NCBI GenBank assembly: GCA_034780895.1
Contig: JAUZTB010000011.1
Coordinates: forward strand, 36,248,245 to 36,312,244
Direction: 5' to 3'
Length of the DNA stretch: 64,000 bases
DNA from: Rhynchobatus australiae
Lineage: Eukaryota
The notes under the pieces were generated by a model. That model saw only the letters and a program-made list of their open reading frames with translations, was not told the origin of the DNA and did no database searches. A program made the translations under genes and the position numbers. Positions 1 to 14,734 of the stretch are shown piece after piece; within the stretch, counting starts at the first letter, position 1, and each line of letters starts with the position of its first letter.

Positions 1-950
1 GGCAGCTCATTCCACACTCGCACCACCCTCTGAGTGAAGTAGCTCCCCCTCAGATTCCCCTTAAATATTTCACCTTTCACCCTAAGCCTATGAGCTCTGG
101 TTCTAGTCTCACCCAACCTGAGGGGAAAGAGTCTGCTTTGTTTCTCTTTAACCAACCCTTGATATCCCTGCATGTTCAGGGTTCCCTGTACTTGTTCCCC
201 TTGGCTTTCACTCTTACAGGAACCGGTTGGCCCTGAACTCTCATTATTTCCCCTTTGAATGCTTCCCATTGTGCAGATGTTGATTTACTGATAAGTAGAT
301 GCTCCCATTCTAACTTTGCCAGGCCCTGTCTTATTTTAATGAAATTGGCCTGCCTCCATTTATGACCTTTATTCCTGGTCTACCTCTATCTTTTTCCATA
401 ACCACTTTGAAATGTATGGAGTTATGGTCACCATCTTCAAAATGCTCCCCCACTGACTCTCCCTCCATCTGACTGGCTACATTCCCCAAGACAAGTAAGT
501 CTCCTGCATTGTTGGTCTATTCTACTCACTGGGTCAAAAATCTCTTCTGAACATACCTCAAAGATTCCACTCCCCCCTGAGCCTTTTAGGCGAAGGCAAT
601 CCCAGTTAATATTTGGGAAATTGAAACCCAAGGTATTATAAGCCTATTTTTATCACATCTCTCTGGTTTTGCCCACATACCTGTTCCTCTATCTCTTGTT
701 GACTGGAAGCTGGCCTGTAATACATCCCCTGCAAAATGACAACACCCTTTTCGTTCCGAATCTCTACCCATATGGTCTTCTCTGAGAAGCCTTCTTAGAT
801 GTCCTCCCTCAATATTGAAGTAATACATTCCTTAACTAAAAGAACAATGCCACCTCCTATTTTACATCCTCCTCTGTCTCCCCTAAAATTTTATACCCTA
901 GGATACAGTGTTGCCAGTCCTGCTCGTCTTTCAACCATGTCTCAAAGATG
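1..950 (-). mobile_element. CR1-type LINE fragments (3' end piece plus ORF2 endonuclease region), degenerate
   Basis: ORF 437..631 GFNFPNINWDCLRLKG resembles the CR1 APE-endonuclease motif GDFNFPNIDW. Frameshifted. Confidence 0.75.
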
Positions 951-1164
951 TCTCAGGGATCAGTGCCAGCGTTTTGACATTTACAAAAATGATTCGGACA
1001 GAGGCACCGAAGGCATAGATCCTAAATTTGCTAATGAGGCAAATGTAGGTGGAGAAGTAAGTTGTGGAGAGATCATAAGGAAGCTATGAAAGGATAGTTA
1101 AGTTAGCGGACAAAGATCCGGCAAACAATGTGGGAAAATGTGAAACTGTTCATTTAGGCAATTT

Positions 1165-2580
1165 GGCCCTTGAGCCTGCTCTGCCATTCAGTGAGATCAT
1201 GGCTGATCAAACTTTCCTCATCCACTTTTCCGCCTGACCTTCATGACCCTTGATTCCCTTATCAACTAAAAAAACTATTTATCTTAGCTTTTAGTATATC
1301 TAAGGATTCAATCTCTACAACTTTCCAGGAAAAGGAGTTCCAAAGGCTCACAACCCTTTGAGAGAAGAAATCCTTCCTCACCTCAGTCTTATTCTTAGAC
1401 TATTCCCTCTGGTTATAGACTCTCCCATGAGGGGAAACACCTTTCCAGCTTTCAGCCCACCAAGTCCTCAAGCCCCCTAAGAACTTTGCATTTCAATAAG
1501 TTCCTCTCTCATTCATCTAAACTCCAATGAATATACACCCAAGCTATTCAACCTTTGCAAGACAATGCTTCCATATCTGGGATTGTCATAGTGAACCTTC
1601 TTCGAATACCGCTAATGATACTATATCCTTTCTTAAATAAGGGGACTGAAACACTATACAGTGTTCTAAGTGTGCCTTATTACTCCCTTACTTTCATCCT
1701 CCAACTCACTTGAAATAAAAGCCAGCATTCCATTAGCCTTCCTGACTACCTGCTGCACCCAAATACTGGCTCTGTATGTTTCATGTCTGAGGACACCCAA
1801 TCCCTTTGTACTGCAGCTTTTTTCAGTCTCTCTCCATTTAGATAATAATCTGTTTTATCATTCTTTCTTCCAAAGTGAACAACTTCATATTTTCTGACAT
1901 AATACCACTCCCATAATCTATCAGTATCTCTCTGTGAACTGTTCCTTTCTGCCTTACAACTTGCCTACTCACCTGCTCTTGTATCATCTCCAGCACATTC
2001 ACATCCTCTAAGTCATCAATGTATATTGTACACAGCCATGGTCCCAGAACTGATCTCCAGGGGGTTATATATATTGGCATGGATGGAGGAGTGGCTAACA
2101 ACCCTATTTTCATACCAATGTATTGCCTTCATTGGTTACAGATTGGGAACCTGAAAATGGCCCTCTTATTCCCATTTGTTAACCAAGTACTCTATCCATG
2201 CCAATATATTACCTCCCACACCATGAGCTGATCTTGCAAAGTAACACTCTGTGTGGCAGCTTACTGAATACCTTTTGAAAATCAAATGTAGTATATCTAC
2301 CATCTCTGCTCTATATATTCCGCTGCTACTTCTTCGGAAATGTATCAGATATTGGTTTCCCCTTCTTCAGCTCTGTCTGTTCATATCATGACTTTCCAAA
2401 TATTCTACCTTTACTTCCTTAATAATCAATTCTAGCTTTTTTCCGATTATGGATATTAGGCGAATCAAATTTAACAGCTTTTGCACCTCCTAGCTTGTTG
2501 ATTAAGGGTATAACATTGAGAGCCTTCCAACACTTTACTATTTCTGCAGAATCTAAAGATGTTTAGAAGATTACACACAT
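1165..2580 (-). mobile_element. CR1-type LINE, RT and 3' end, degenerate
   Basis: ORF 1838..2113 SVLGPWLCTIYIDDL resembles the RT motif SVLGPLLFxIYINDL. CR1 3' tail near 1165-1260. Confidence 0.75.
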
Positions 2581-5139
2581 TTGGATTGTAGTTATGAAAT
2601 CATGTCTCCTTCAGCATTTGAGAGTAAGAATAAATGGCATTGTACAGCTCTCAAATTTAACCATAGATAAGATAGAATAAATAAAAGCTTTCTCGGACTG
2701 TCAAGCCCGAAATTTCTTCCCTAAACTTCTCCTTTGCTCCGCAACGCTGCTTTCCTACAACATCCTCCTTAACGCACTGCTCTTTATCCCTCCTTTGACT
2801 TCTTTTGATGATTCAGCAATAGCAAAAAACTTTTTTTTAAATTTAAAATGGTTTGGTCTCCTTGCAGAGAAAACTGAGTGATAGAGTCTCATCTCAGGTT
2901 GGGGTGAGGGTGGGGGAAAATGAGGTGCTAAACTGATGTTTGTATTCTCCACGTGACCAACAGGATTGTGATCCCTAGGTTCTTGGTGACTGTCAACATA
3001 TCAACATGTAATTGACTGAAGGTAGTCACTTCTTACCTATTGGCTATTGGTACTGTCTACCAGAGTGTGAATGAGCATTTAAAGGAGCCAATTAATCAAA
3101 AACCAGTACATATAACAACCACAAAAAAATGTCATTAAATCTATTACAAATAAAATTAATGATTTCAATGGCCTTTGACGGTCATAAACAATGTTAAGTG
3201 TCATAAAATGACTGGCTCAGAGTACTCCATTGTACCTCCTTTATTGCTGACCATCAGATCATTTGAACATTTGTAATAGTGATAGAAAGAGATAACAGAA
3301 TTTATGTGGACAATGTGGAGAATTACTGAGAAATAGAAACACCTCAAGACACTTTGTATAATGATGTAGTCTTTCCAATACATGAGTCCAATCTATGCAC
3401 TTGGAGAATGCACAGACTGTAATGCTGATTTTACTGATCATTGCTCCCTTGCAGCTTTCTGCTGCTTGTGGATGTTGTCTATTTTAACTTTTAGCGTCAC
3501 CATCAAATCAAGTGACAATAACTTCCAGTTGCTTTGTCACTGTTCATCCCAAGGATAAAACCAATCAATAAACAGATTCAAAGCTGCAATTAGAAGAAAA
3601 ATACCTTGAAGTCCAAAACAGAGCTTGAGTTAATAACATCTGCCTTTGTTCTCAAATTTGAAAAATAAGCATATTCCTCGTCCCTTCTGGAATTATCAGC
3701 AACAGATTCCTACCACGATTACTGATTCTTACATAATACAATCAATCTGGATCAGAAATAAAACAGAGCTCTAAATTTAAAGATTTTTAAATTTCATATC
3801 CTGAAAGATTGAATTCAACATGTTGAGGACTTGTTGAAGTATTGAATGTCAAAGTCAAGCCCCAAAAATGTTGCCGGATAGCCTCGCTTCAGATTTAGCT
3901 GCAATAATTGCCCCAAAGGACAGTCACAGGTTATGAGCCTGAATGAACCCAATGGTGGGAAATCAAGCAAGGCATAATTCAGTTATGGAGAAAAGTCAAA
4001 GTAAAAGAAATGGTGAAATTTAACACACGGAAAGGAACTTCATTATAATATTTATGTTAACATTATTTGCATGTATTTGTTGGTATATCATATGAGTTTA
4101 GTTCTAAAATATGAGATAGAAAATACTGGAACTACACAGTATATCAGGCAGCATCCATGAAGAGAGAAGCAGAGTTAATGTTTCAGGATAGTACCAATAC
4201 ATCAGCAATGGGAAAAGTTATAAATCCTTAACAGGCAGAGAAAGAAGGGAAGAGAGAAAAGGAATGATGTGCAAGGTTAATAGAGGTGATAATAGAGTTT
4301 TCTTTGCTTTTTGCTGCCTGAGATAATAAGAACATTGATCAGTAATCTGTACCTGTACCTTATGTACATGCTAAAGATCCTCAGACAAGTATCTCCTAGT
4401 TGCCTGATATATCGTGATTACATTTTACCTGGACCTTCCTCAAGGAAAAGGGTCAATACCTCCTATTCGTAAAATGTTACAAAAAATACAATGTTCACAT
4501 CTGGATCTCAGCATTAGCAACCAATAGCTCTGAAAGTTTGAATTCAAAGCAAATGTTTGGAAATAGTGATTACAAAATGTTATTATCAATCTGCAATCTG
4601 CCAGCAATTTACAGTTAATTTATCAGTGACCATGCAGCTGCACTCAGTATAGCAAAGAACCCCACATAACCATTACATTTGCTTTGAAAACATTGTATAT
4701 TAGCAGGCAACAGGAAATCACTAGAGTAATTAGAAAGGTACATTGTAGTGTACATAATGGTAGAAGGCTGTTTTGTTATAGTCCAACATATCATTAAATT
4801 TACAATTGTTATTTAATGTGGCGCAAGCATCTTTCTGATTTTCATCAAATACACTTAAGTAATTACAACTTTCTTAGTTCATTGGCTCTGACAGATGGTG
4901 CAGCTAGAAAGCATTATATTTAATGGAATGTAAGTATTGCTCGAACACAGGGATAAAAATGTTACACATGCACTAGAATATAACATTACAATGCCCAAAT
5001 GATAATGAAAAAGGAAATGCCGTAAGTATATCTCCAGTGAGAAAGATTTAAGGTTTCAGATCACTGACCTTTGTTCAGGATTAGACAAAGTTAGTGACAG
5101 AACAAGGTGGCACGGCAGAAGGGAAGGGGAACAAAAGAA

Positions 5140-6040
5140 CACAAGAAACAGAGGGAAGAGAAGGGCAGTCAGCCCCTTACACCTGCTCCCTCATTCAATA
5201 AGATCAGGGCTGATTTATTTTTTTAACCTCAGCACCTCTTTCCTGCAGTAACCCATATCCCTTGATTCCCTTAAGACTTAAAATCCAACAATCTTTGTCT
5301 TAAATATATTCAGTGACTCCACAGCCACCTTGGATAGAGAACTCCAAAGATTTCACAAGCCTCTGGATGAGGACATATTTCTCATCTCAGTACTGAATCG
5401 CCAAATTGTTTTGCATGAAAGCTAATTTCAGAAACCCCAGCTAGGGGATCATCATTCTTTCATCTACCTCGTTAATCCCTTTGAGAATTTTATATGTTTC
5501 AGTGTGATCACCTCTCATTCTTCTAAACTCTGGAGAGTAGAGGCTCTATCTGCATAATCTCTCCTCTTTGGGTAAAAGCCCCGTGCCAGGAATTAAGATG
5601 GTGAACCTTTGATGAGCATTCTCCCTATCACAAGTACATCCTTCCTAGGTAGGGAGATCAGACTTAAAAACAATATTCCAGCTCCAGGCTCACGAGGGAC
5701 ATATATAACTTCTTGTACTTAAATCACCTTGCAGCAAGGGCCAACATATCATTTACCTTCCTAACTGTTTCCTGTGTCTGCATGTTAACTTTCAGTGATC
5801 ATATACAAGGACACCCAGATCCCTCTTTCCATTTCTCACCCTTTAAAATAATGATCCTATTTTGTTTACTAATATGAATGAACTCATATTTTTATACATC
5901 CTCATCTCTTCATTTAGCCTTTTTATATCCTCCTTAAATGTCCTTCTCACAACTGCCACCCCGCTTTCTATCTTCAGCAAACGGGGTTGTATTTTATGTG
6001 GTCCCTCATCAAAATCATTGATAGAGATTATGAATAAATG
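5140..6040 (-). mobile_element. CR1-type LINE 3' portion, degenerate
   Basis: Same tail and ORF2 C-terminal motifs as the copies at 1165, 52345 and 62420. Confidence 0.7.
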
Positions 6041-6279
6041 GAGCTTGAGTCAGAGGTAAAAGCTGACTGTTCAGTGTTGCAGGGCATAGGGGTTGCAGAC
6101 CACATAAGGAACACCTTCGCACTGGATGTGATGTTTGCCTTTGGTGCTTGTGGAATAATTGCTAAATAAAGTACCATCGGGTCAAGTGAGTGAAAAACAC
6201 AGCATTTTGGGCTCATGGCGGGGATCTGGAGATGAAATTCAACTTTGCTAAGGGTACAAAACGGACAGCAATACAATGG

Positions 6280-6592
6280 CAGCTATTTAACACCTTGCAC
6301 CAGGCTCAAGGACATATTCTATCCTGCTGTTATAACACTATTGAACAGTTCCCTAGTATGATAAAATGGACTCTTGACCTCACAATCTACCTCATTGTGG
6401 CCTTGCATCTTATTGTCTAGCTGCATTGCAATTTCTCTGTAACTATAACACTTTATTCTGTACTCTGTTATTGTTTTACCTTGTACCACCTCAATGCACT
6501 GTTGTAATGAATTGATCTGTATGAACAGTATGCAAGACATGTTTTTCACTGTACCTCGGTACATGTGACAAGAATAAACCAATTTACCAATT
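6280..6592 (+). mobile_element. Rex1/Babar-type LINE 3' end
   Basis: Nearly identical (reverse complement) to 33470-33860. Ends tttcactgtacctcggtacatgtgacaagaataaaccaatttaccaatt. Confidence 0.75.
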
Positions 6593-9500
6593 GCCTGTCT
6601 TTCAATTGATTTCTCCATGAAGAAAATGTCAACAAGTTATCTTACTAGATCCGGTGTTAGGTTTGTGTTAAGGATATCAATGCCTTTGAGAATCAAAGAA
6701 AATATTTACTTGAATGCTACCAAAATCAGGTAGGGAGACTGGAGAGGCTGGAAGTTGGATCTGTTCTTACAGCCAAGAAGATTGTTGATAGAAATATTCA
6801 AAATTATTTTCATTGTCAGATAAGGAGCAAATAAGGAGTAATTCCTTCTGTAGGCAGAAAGATCAACAGATAGAGGATACAGGCTTCAATAAATTGGCAA
6901 GGACCAGAGGTGAAATCATGAAACACTTATTTGACATAGTGTACTACCACAATATTGCCTGATGGTGTGATGAAGGCAGATTTGATAGTAACTCCCAAAA
7001 AGGGGTTGGATAAAAGCCTGAAGGGAAACAAAGTACAGGGCTTTGTGAAAAGACAGAGAGAGAGTGGGTGTTGTCAGATATCTCACCTCAAGAACCAATA
7101 TGGGCATTTAAGTGCTGAATGACTACCTCCAGGGGCTACATCATTTTAAGATTCTATGCTAGAAAAGGTAGCTATTCTGTTCTCACTTCACTTGCATCTT
7201 TGCCAGAATAGAATTTTACTCCGAAGGTCTTCCTGAAGGATTGTTGATAGAACTAGCTTGAAAGAACATTGTTTTAACTCTGCATGCCCTCCAAGTGATG
7301 AAATGACAAGGTCCCTCTAGTTTTCTCAAATAACAAAGAGGTTTGTTCAGCTATTTATTGATACTAATATCTATTGAAAATGGCTAAGTGCAAATCATGG
7401 CAGTCATCTGCTGAAGAGATTTTGCAATTGAACCTCAAGCCCCACGACCTCATGACCTCAATCCTCATGACCTTTCAGCTCCTAACAAAATGGATAAGAA
7501 CCTAAATATATTCTAAATCTACCCCATAAAAACACAAATGAAATGACATGCATTTTATTGTCCCTTCTGTCATTACAATGGGTGTTTCAGGTGACCGTGT
7601 GTCTCCAACAGTCACTGTTGGAGACATCTGTGATTCTTGGTGCAACAAACCATCTGCTCTTCCCACATCCACTTGGAGAAGCTATCTAAATTAACTGAAT
7701 GCAACTTCTTTTTAGGTACAACTCATATTTATTGACCTACACACATATGTGGCTGTGTTTTGATTCTATACAACCTTCGTACTCTAATTTAGGGTCAAGT
7801 ACTAAAAGCAGATAAATGTAACAACTAATCCACATTTCTGGTCACTTTCAAAGTCTGTAATCATGAAAATTATTGTCAGTGAAAAGGACTGGACCAGATT
7901 ATGGTGGCTGGAGATGGAATCAGTGTCAGGCAGTAGCAATTTACATAATAATGGGTTCTGAGTGTTTCATCAGCACCTTTTGTTTGCTTAGTCTGCAGTG
8001 CTACAGTAAATTGTGAAAAAGTCATTCCTCTGCAATCAGCTGCACAAAATCAACAGTAAATAAAGGGAAAAGAAAATAAATTTTGATTAAAGGAATAAAC
8101 AGAAGCAGTTAAGATCGATTTCTGTGACATATTTATGACTTAGAATAACTGAAAACTTTTAACATTTAATCGTGGTATTATATTGTGATGTTCTTAAAAT
8201 GCAAATGATCTTTGCACTTCAGTGGACATTACACATGAGGAATCAAACTGCCCCAATAGTGAATTGGTTTGGTCACTTCAATATTAAAATGTATTACCAG
8301 CAAAAAATTTAATTGTCATACAAAGGCAATTGCAATCTCAAAATAATATTAAAAGTAAACATTGTCTCTGAAAGATATCAAATATTCTTGCATTTCTGCC
8401 CTGTATGCTGAATTACAGGGCTTACTACTACATGGCCCCAAAGTTTTACTTGAATTTTGAAAGACTGGTCTCAGCAAGCAAAATTAGTGTTTGATTATTG
8501 TTCCTTAAATGCCCCTAAACAAAATACTTGAAGGATTGTTTGTAGTGGTGAGTTCTTCATTCTTCTCCAGGCTCTCTAAAGTCAAAGAGGTGAGGGAAGG
8601 AAATAAAATGCATAACCTGTTTCGGAGGGATGAAGTTCCACAGGATTCTCTCAGCGGTCTGCTACAGTTTCGGTGAAAGAGCTACGAAGGTCCTGAGGTC
8701 AAGGTATACACAGGACTTTAAATTTGACCTCTTTTGGAAGGACATTTTAAACAGACACACATACACATCTTCAATGTGCTTAGTGATTATTTGGGAGACC
8801 CATGCTCCTGCTACTCACTCCCCCAACATGTGGAAGTCCCCTTCCAGTGATTTTAGCTCATAATATTCTGTGAGCTGTTTATTTTGACAAGCACTGTTAT
8901 TTCAGTGATCAAGGAAACTGCAGATAGCAGCTACTTTCACCAGTCATGCCAAATTCTCCAAGCATCTTTGTCACTCTCCAGCTTCTCTCCCATCGCTGCA
9001 TTTGGTAATGTTATTTCTCCCATGAGAACCATTTCTTGCTTACTCACTTCTCTTCGCACCTTTCATACTGCGCCTAACCNNNNNNNNNNNNNNNNNNNNN
9101 NNNNNNNNNNNNNNNNNNNNNNNNNNNNNNNNNNNNNNNNNNNNNNNNNNNNNNNNNNNNNNNNNNNNNNNNNNNNNNNNNNNNNNNNNNNNNNNNNNNN
9201 NNNNNNNNNNNNNNNNCCATGGTAACTTTTGTTACTATTCTCATCACTCTTTTATTTCTAAGATATTTGGGTTGGCACCTTCCAGTCCACACTCATGCTT
9301 CCCAAAGCTGGTAAGATACCTTCAGTTGAGTTTCTGTCTCAACTATTGTACTAAAAGGGCAAGGTCAATATTTTCTGATGACATTATCACTCTTTACAAC
9401 CCTGTCTTCTCTGAGAATGACAATACCATTGCTGTCCATCAACCTTTCCTCCTTGATCCTGTTCTATGGGACTACCCTGAAGAGTTACTCTCATGTATGT

Positions 9501-9999
9501 GTCTACACAGTCATCTTCCAGCAGCAGTTTTTTGTTCTTTCCCTAAGTTGTCATCCTCTGAGTTCCCTCTTATCTGCACACTACTCCCCAGCAATAATAT
9601 TTGCAAGGATTATTTGTGTCAATAACATTCTGTATTTCACCTTTATACAATTACCCATGACCCTGTCTTTGTGACAATTTCTCCCACAAGAACCATTTCC
9701 TACTTCCTCAGTGCTGTGTGTAGATGAGTGGTAGAATCTTCGGGGAGTCAATGAAAATGTGGGAAGATTTAAATGGCTTCGGGTAGCATTACAGTAAAAA
9801 CTGTTACTTGATGGTTGGTGTGGATTCAGTGGGCCAAAGGGCCTGTTTCTATGTCATATCTTTCTATGACTAACTTCCATCAAATGAAAAATAGGGAGAT
9901 AAATGTTGATATTGTGAATACAACTAATTCTGAATTTTGCAGCTGAATTCAGCCCTCTTCCTGGCTGAAGAACATTCCAAACAATCCAAGCATTCTGTT

Positions 10000-10595
10000 T
10001 ATTGAGTTAACTCCTGGCATCAGGTTGGATTCCTCACCAAGCATGCTAACTTCCAGTTTAAACCAATGCCAATCCTACCCCCAAGCCCATTCTATTTTAT
10101 GTCCTTGCTGACTTACCTAGACCTCAGTACTGGCTTTCTCCTACCTAATCTCTACAAATTCTAAATAAACCAAAAATGCTAAATTTACATCCTGACCCCA
10201 CTCATCCTTTGACACTGGGCTCAATAAACACATTGTCTGCAGTATATCACATTTAAAATCTTATTCTTCTTTAGAAATCCCTCCAATGCCCTGAACCACC
10301 TTATTTTTGCAATTTTCCATAACCATATGCATTAGCCCTCATCCACCAGTCCCTTGAAATTGATGTTGTGTATTTAAACCTTCACTTCACTACTGGTGGC
10401 AAAAGCTTTGGCTATTTCTATTCAACTGCCTCAAATTGCCTTTCTACATCTATCCATCTTTCTATCCCCAACTTCAAAAGCTTGCTTAAATTCTATCTTT
10501 TTGACCAAGTTTTTAGCTAGCGTTTCCACTTTTTGTTCCTTTGTGACCTTTTTTTTGTGTTAAGGTACTCCATAATATAAGTGGTTATTGTTGAT
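10000..10595 (+). mobile_element. Old L2-like LINE 3' remnant
   Basis: Pyrimidine-rich ORF2 C-terminus-like sequence and a tail resembling the minus-strand copy at 26870. Confidence 0.45.
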
Positions 10596-13089
10596 ATCGT
10601 TTTGCAAGAACGAATCTTGTAACTGTTCTTATTACAATTGCTTTTTCTGAGAATGGAGACCTAGGGACTGATTATGCAGTTCACTGCACTGGGACTGCTT
10701 CTCATCAAGCATTGCCTGTGCCTCTGCTGAAATGAAGTGACCTTGTACAATAATGCAAGGACAGTTCATTTAAATATTTCTGTGACACTGCTGACATGCA
10801 GTGCATGACACTTGGAAAGACCGTGTGGTCAGGGGCTGGGATGCTGGGTACGTTACCATGTTCTCTGGCATTAAAAAAAACAGGAGAACAGGAAGGGCAC
10901 ACCAAGGAGACAGCCAACCAAGATCCCATTTTCCTATTTCTCCGATAATTTTTAAAAGGATGTGAATGTGAAAATAAAACAAATTTGTTTTCTATGCACA
11001 ATGGTAAAAGGCATCAGCCTTTTGAAACAGGCTGTTTGTGAATCTGCACAAAATCTCTCCTTTAGCTTAAGAAAGTTCTTGTTTACTAAATTAGAGCATC
11101 AGGGGTAAAATAAACAAAATGTAAAAATTCTCAGCATTGTGTCACAGCACTTGATCTTGCTGCATCTTACTATTAATAGCAACCAGGTACACTCCTAGTT
11201 GTTTTCTTCTCATGGTTCCTGCTGGACANNNNNNNNNNNNNNNNNNNNNNNNNNNNNNNNNNNNNNNNNNNNNNNNNNNNNNNNNNNGTGATTGGAAAGT
11301 CTGATGACACTCCCTATCTTGACACAGAATGACCACCTGGGTCCAACATAACTTGCTTCCTTCAACAGAGAGGTGGGGAATGAAAAAAGTATGTAATTAC
11401 TTTTTTTATGTTTGAAATATTTAGATGTCTTTTTACTGGGAGTGAGCATTAAATTTAATACAATTATCCCTATTCATTAGACCATGTTTAATCTTGTACC
11501 ATAAACTAAGGCAAGAATTTTCATAAACATTTTCAAAGTTATCCTGTCATTCCATTTTATTTTGCTTCTAACTGTGATATCAATTTGACTAAATGGGAAC
11601 ATAAAATGTACTTAAGATTTGCAAATAATTATTAGAAATGCTGAGGGATATTTAGTTTTGATGAACTCACATAAATATCTACAACTATCCTGCTGCTTTA
11701 ATTTTACCTCCAGTTGTTTTATTATGTTAAGAATTGTCAGTAGGAAGCACTATAAAATTGTTATTGGTGTTGCTGAGAGATTGCCTTGTATACAAAGCAA
11801 ACTTGCTTTTGTTGCTAAACAAGTGAAGGCAGATTTTAAAATTCAGACTTGTAAAATCTCTGATCTCAGGGGAACACCAAAACAGCCATTGCCACTGACA
11901 GTAAATCTCTATGTAGGAGGAAACACTTCAAGCTTTTCAATAAGTACATATGCCAAATAAGTAGGAGGAATTAAACACCATGAAACCTTTAGAAATCAGG
12001 GTGCAAGAAAACACATAGCAGGAGGGGAGCATCCGGCAAAATGGCAACTAGTTAGCAGCTGCCACTATGACCTCTAACTGCATCCATGGCAACTAGGCTA
12101 AAGATGAAGTTCAGTTTTATTATTCTCACACCCACAATGTCAAGCTTGTGAATCCCAGTGCTATTTTGTAGCTGAAATCAGTAAACAGATCTGTGTTCAT
12201 TGGACCAGTGCTGATATCCTTTAGCTAATGAGTGCAATCATCACTTTCTTGCCAGAAACTGCTGCATGAGGAGATAATATGTACTATGGTAATATTTACC
12301 CAAAACATGATGAAATGGTCACAGAAAGGAGCATAAGCTTAATACGATGCAGAAATATTTCTGTCTTCTGTGCTATATGATCCATTTGTACTTTTAATTT
12401 GGGTGCTGTTTTATAGGAAAAGAATCAAGCTGCAATATGTTGAAAATATACTCTGGCTTTCATCAAGGATATTATTTCTTCAGAGACTTCTTGAGGAGAA
12501 AAACTGAAAGTAGAAGAGCAGAGGACATTATGGGCTGTATCTGAGTTCATTATTGTCTAAAACTCTGTGATAAAGATCTTCAATTATCCTACTGCTTAAA
12601 ATTCACCTTCAAGTCATTCGGTAGTATTCGGGGTTGCCAATAGGAAGCACCACAGTATATTGGCAATGAGAATTTTATTGCATACCAGGCAAAGATGCTT
12701 TGATATCAGGAGAATTTAAGGAGATGTTATATTTAGTGTTACATGATCCATGAAGCTCTAAATCTACCCCTACCCTGCAGCATCGAAAGGCAAGTGGGAA
12801 AAGCAGGATATCATTGCACCCCTACAGGCACAAGCATCTTTCTGTTTCCCTATCCTGTTAATGCAAAGACATTAGCTTTCTCCTAAGCTCAAGGCTGCAT
12901 TCTACCTTGGGTTATACTACCTCCCCACCATTACCCCCACCGGCCCCATTCCGACACTGACATCCTTGATTACTTATATTATCTCTCACATCTCCAAAGC
13001 CTTCAAATTAAAATTCACCATTTCATAAGTTTGTTCATCTTTTTCTCTGTAATCTCTTCTCACAACTGCTCCCTCTCAGTTCCTCTTCA

Positions 13090-13930
13090 GACAATCAAGC
13101 AGAGTCAACATGGTTTTACAAATGTTAAAATATATTTGGCAAATTTATTAATGTTTTTAAGGATGTAGTAAAGAGGGTGGATAAAGGAGAACCAGTAGAT
13201 GTGGTGTATTTAGTTTTCCAGAAGGGATTCAATAAAATGCCATATAAATGACTACTGTATAAGAGCACACAGAGTTGGGGAGGGGGNNNNNNNNNNNNNN
13301 NNNNNNNNNNNNNNNNNNNNNNNNNNNNNNNNNNNNNNNNNNNNNNNNNNNNNNNNNNNNNNNNNNNNNNNNNNNNNNNNNNNNNNNNNNNNNNNNNNNN
13401 NNNNNNNNNNNNNNNNNNNNNNNNNNNNNNNNNNNNNNNNNNNNNNNNNNNNNNNNNNNNNNNNNNNNTGACAAATGAGTTAGCAAGTTGTAAGGAGGAC
13501 AAAGAGCCAACAAAGAAATATAGATTGATTAAATGAGTAGGAGGAAGTTGGCAGCTGGAGTATATCATGGGAAAATGGAAGGTTACCACTTTAGAAGGAT
13601 GATTGAAAGTACAAATCATTTTTTAAAATCAAGTGAGACTATAAAATGCTGTGATACAAGGTCATCTGGGGATCCATGTATATGAAACACAAAAATTTAG
13701 CATGCAAATACAGAAAGCAATTAGGAAGGTTAATGGAATATTGGCCTTTCTTCTCAGGGTTATGGATCATAAAAATAGGTAAGTTTTGATACAATGTTAC
13801 AGGGTGTTGGTGAGATCCCACCTGGAGTATTGAATACAGTTAACATCTCCAATATTTTCGAAGGATGTGCTTGCTTTGGACTCAATGCAAGGACTGTTCA
13901 CCAGATTAAGTCCTGGAATAAAGGGGATGG
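13090..13930 (+). mobile_element. CR1-type LINE RT fragment (contains an N gap)
   Basis: caacatggtttt...gataaaggagaaccagtagatgtggtgtatttagttttccagaag encodes QHGF...DKGEPVDVVYLxFQK. Confidence 0.8.
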
Positions 13931-14734
13931 ATACATGAAGAGAAGTTTGATGGCTTGATCATGCAGCACTTGATGTTGGTGTCTCAGAGCAATGGGTACA
14001 CAGGTTTGATTCTGACTTCTTTGGTGCTATCAGGTTAATTGGCTATTATAAATCACCCCTGAGCGATGGTAATGGGCATGGTGTAAGTTAAAAGGAAATC
14101 GATGAGCATGTGTGAGAGAGAATATGTAGCAGGGGTAGAGGGAATCAAGGGGAAGTGGAATGGGACTAAGGAGTTTGCTCCCCTGGGATCTGGCACAGAT
14201 CAGATAGGCCAAATGGCCTCTTCTTTGTAGTTATAGGTATGATTTAGAGGTTTGGGCTCACTTGAAAACAATTATAAAAAATGACATCTTCAACCACACC
14301 CTCCTGCCCTCACTCCTCCCAATTTGAAATCATTCATCTGCTTCTGAGCATTGGCAGATTGTTCCTATTCCCCAAAATTCCACTGTGCAGCCATGATCAC
14401 CCAACTTGCTCAATACTTATGAATTCAAGAGCAAAAAAAAATTAAGAAGCAAAGTGCCACAGATGTTGGAAATTGGAAACAAAAGAGAACTGCTCAACAG
14501 GCCAAACAGCATCTGAGGAGAGTGAAACACAGTTAATGTTTCAGGTCAATGACCTTTCATCAGAACAAGAAGGAGCATAATGTTTTAATTATTTAGTACA
14601 GAAGCCAGCAAACTCACTGTCCTANNNNNNNNNNNNNNNNNNNNNNNNNNNNNNNNNNTCCACAAAGTTTGACAATTATCAAACCTAATTAACTGAACTA
14701 ATCAAATCCTTCTGCCTAGATGAGGAACTTGGAA

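Noticed and set aside
8610-8705. CpG-containing stretch with WNFIPPKQ on the minus strand, reminiscent of the pre-P-domain exon
   Set aside because: In-frame stop just upstream, no GFG-LLDA motif and no suitable splice sites.
10705-11001. Minus-strand 98-aa ORF with an acceptor-like tract, considered as a downstream convertase exon
   Set aside because: No similarity to TWRD or P-domain sequence in the frames I checked.
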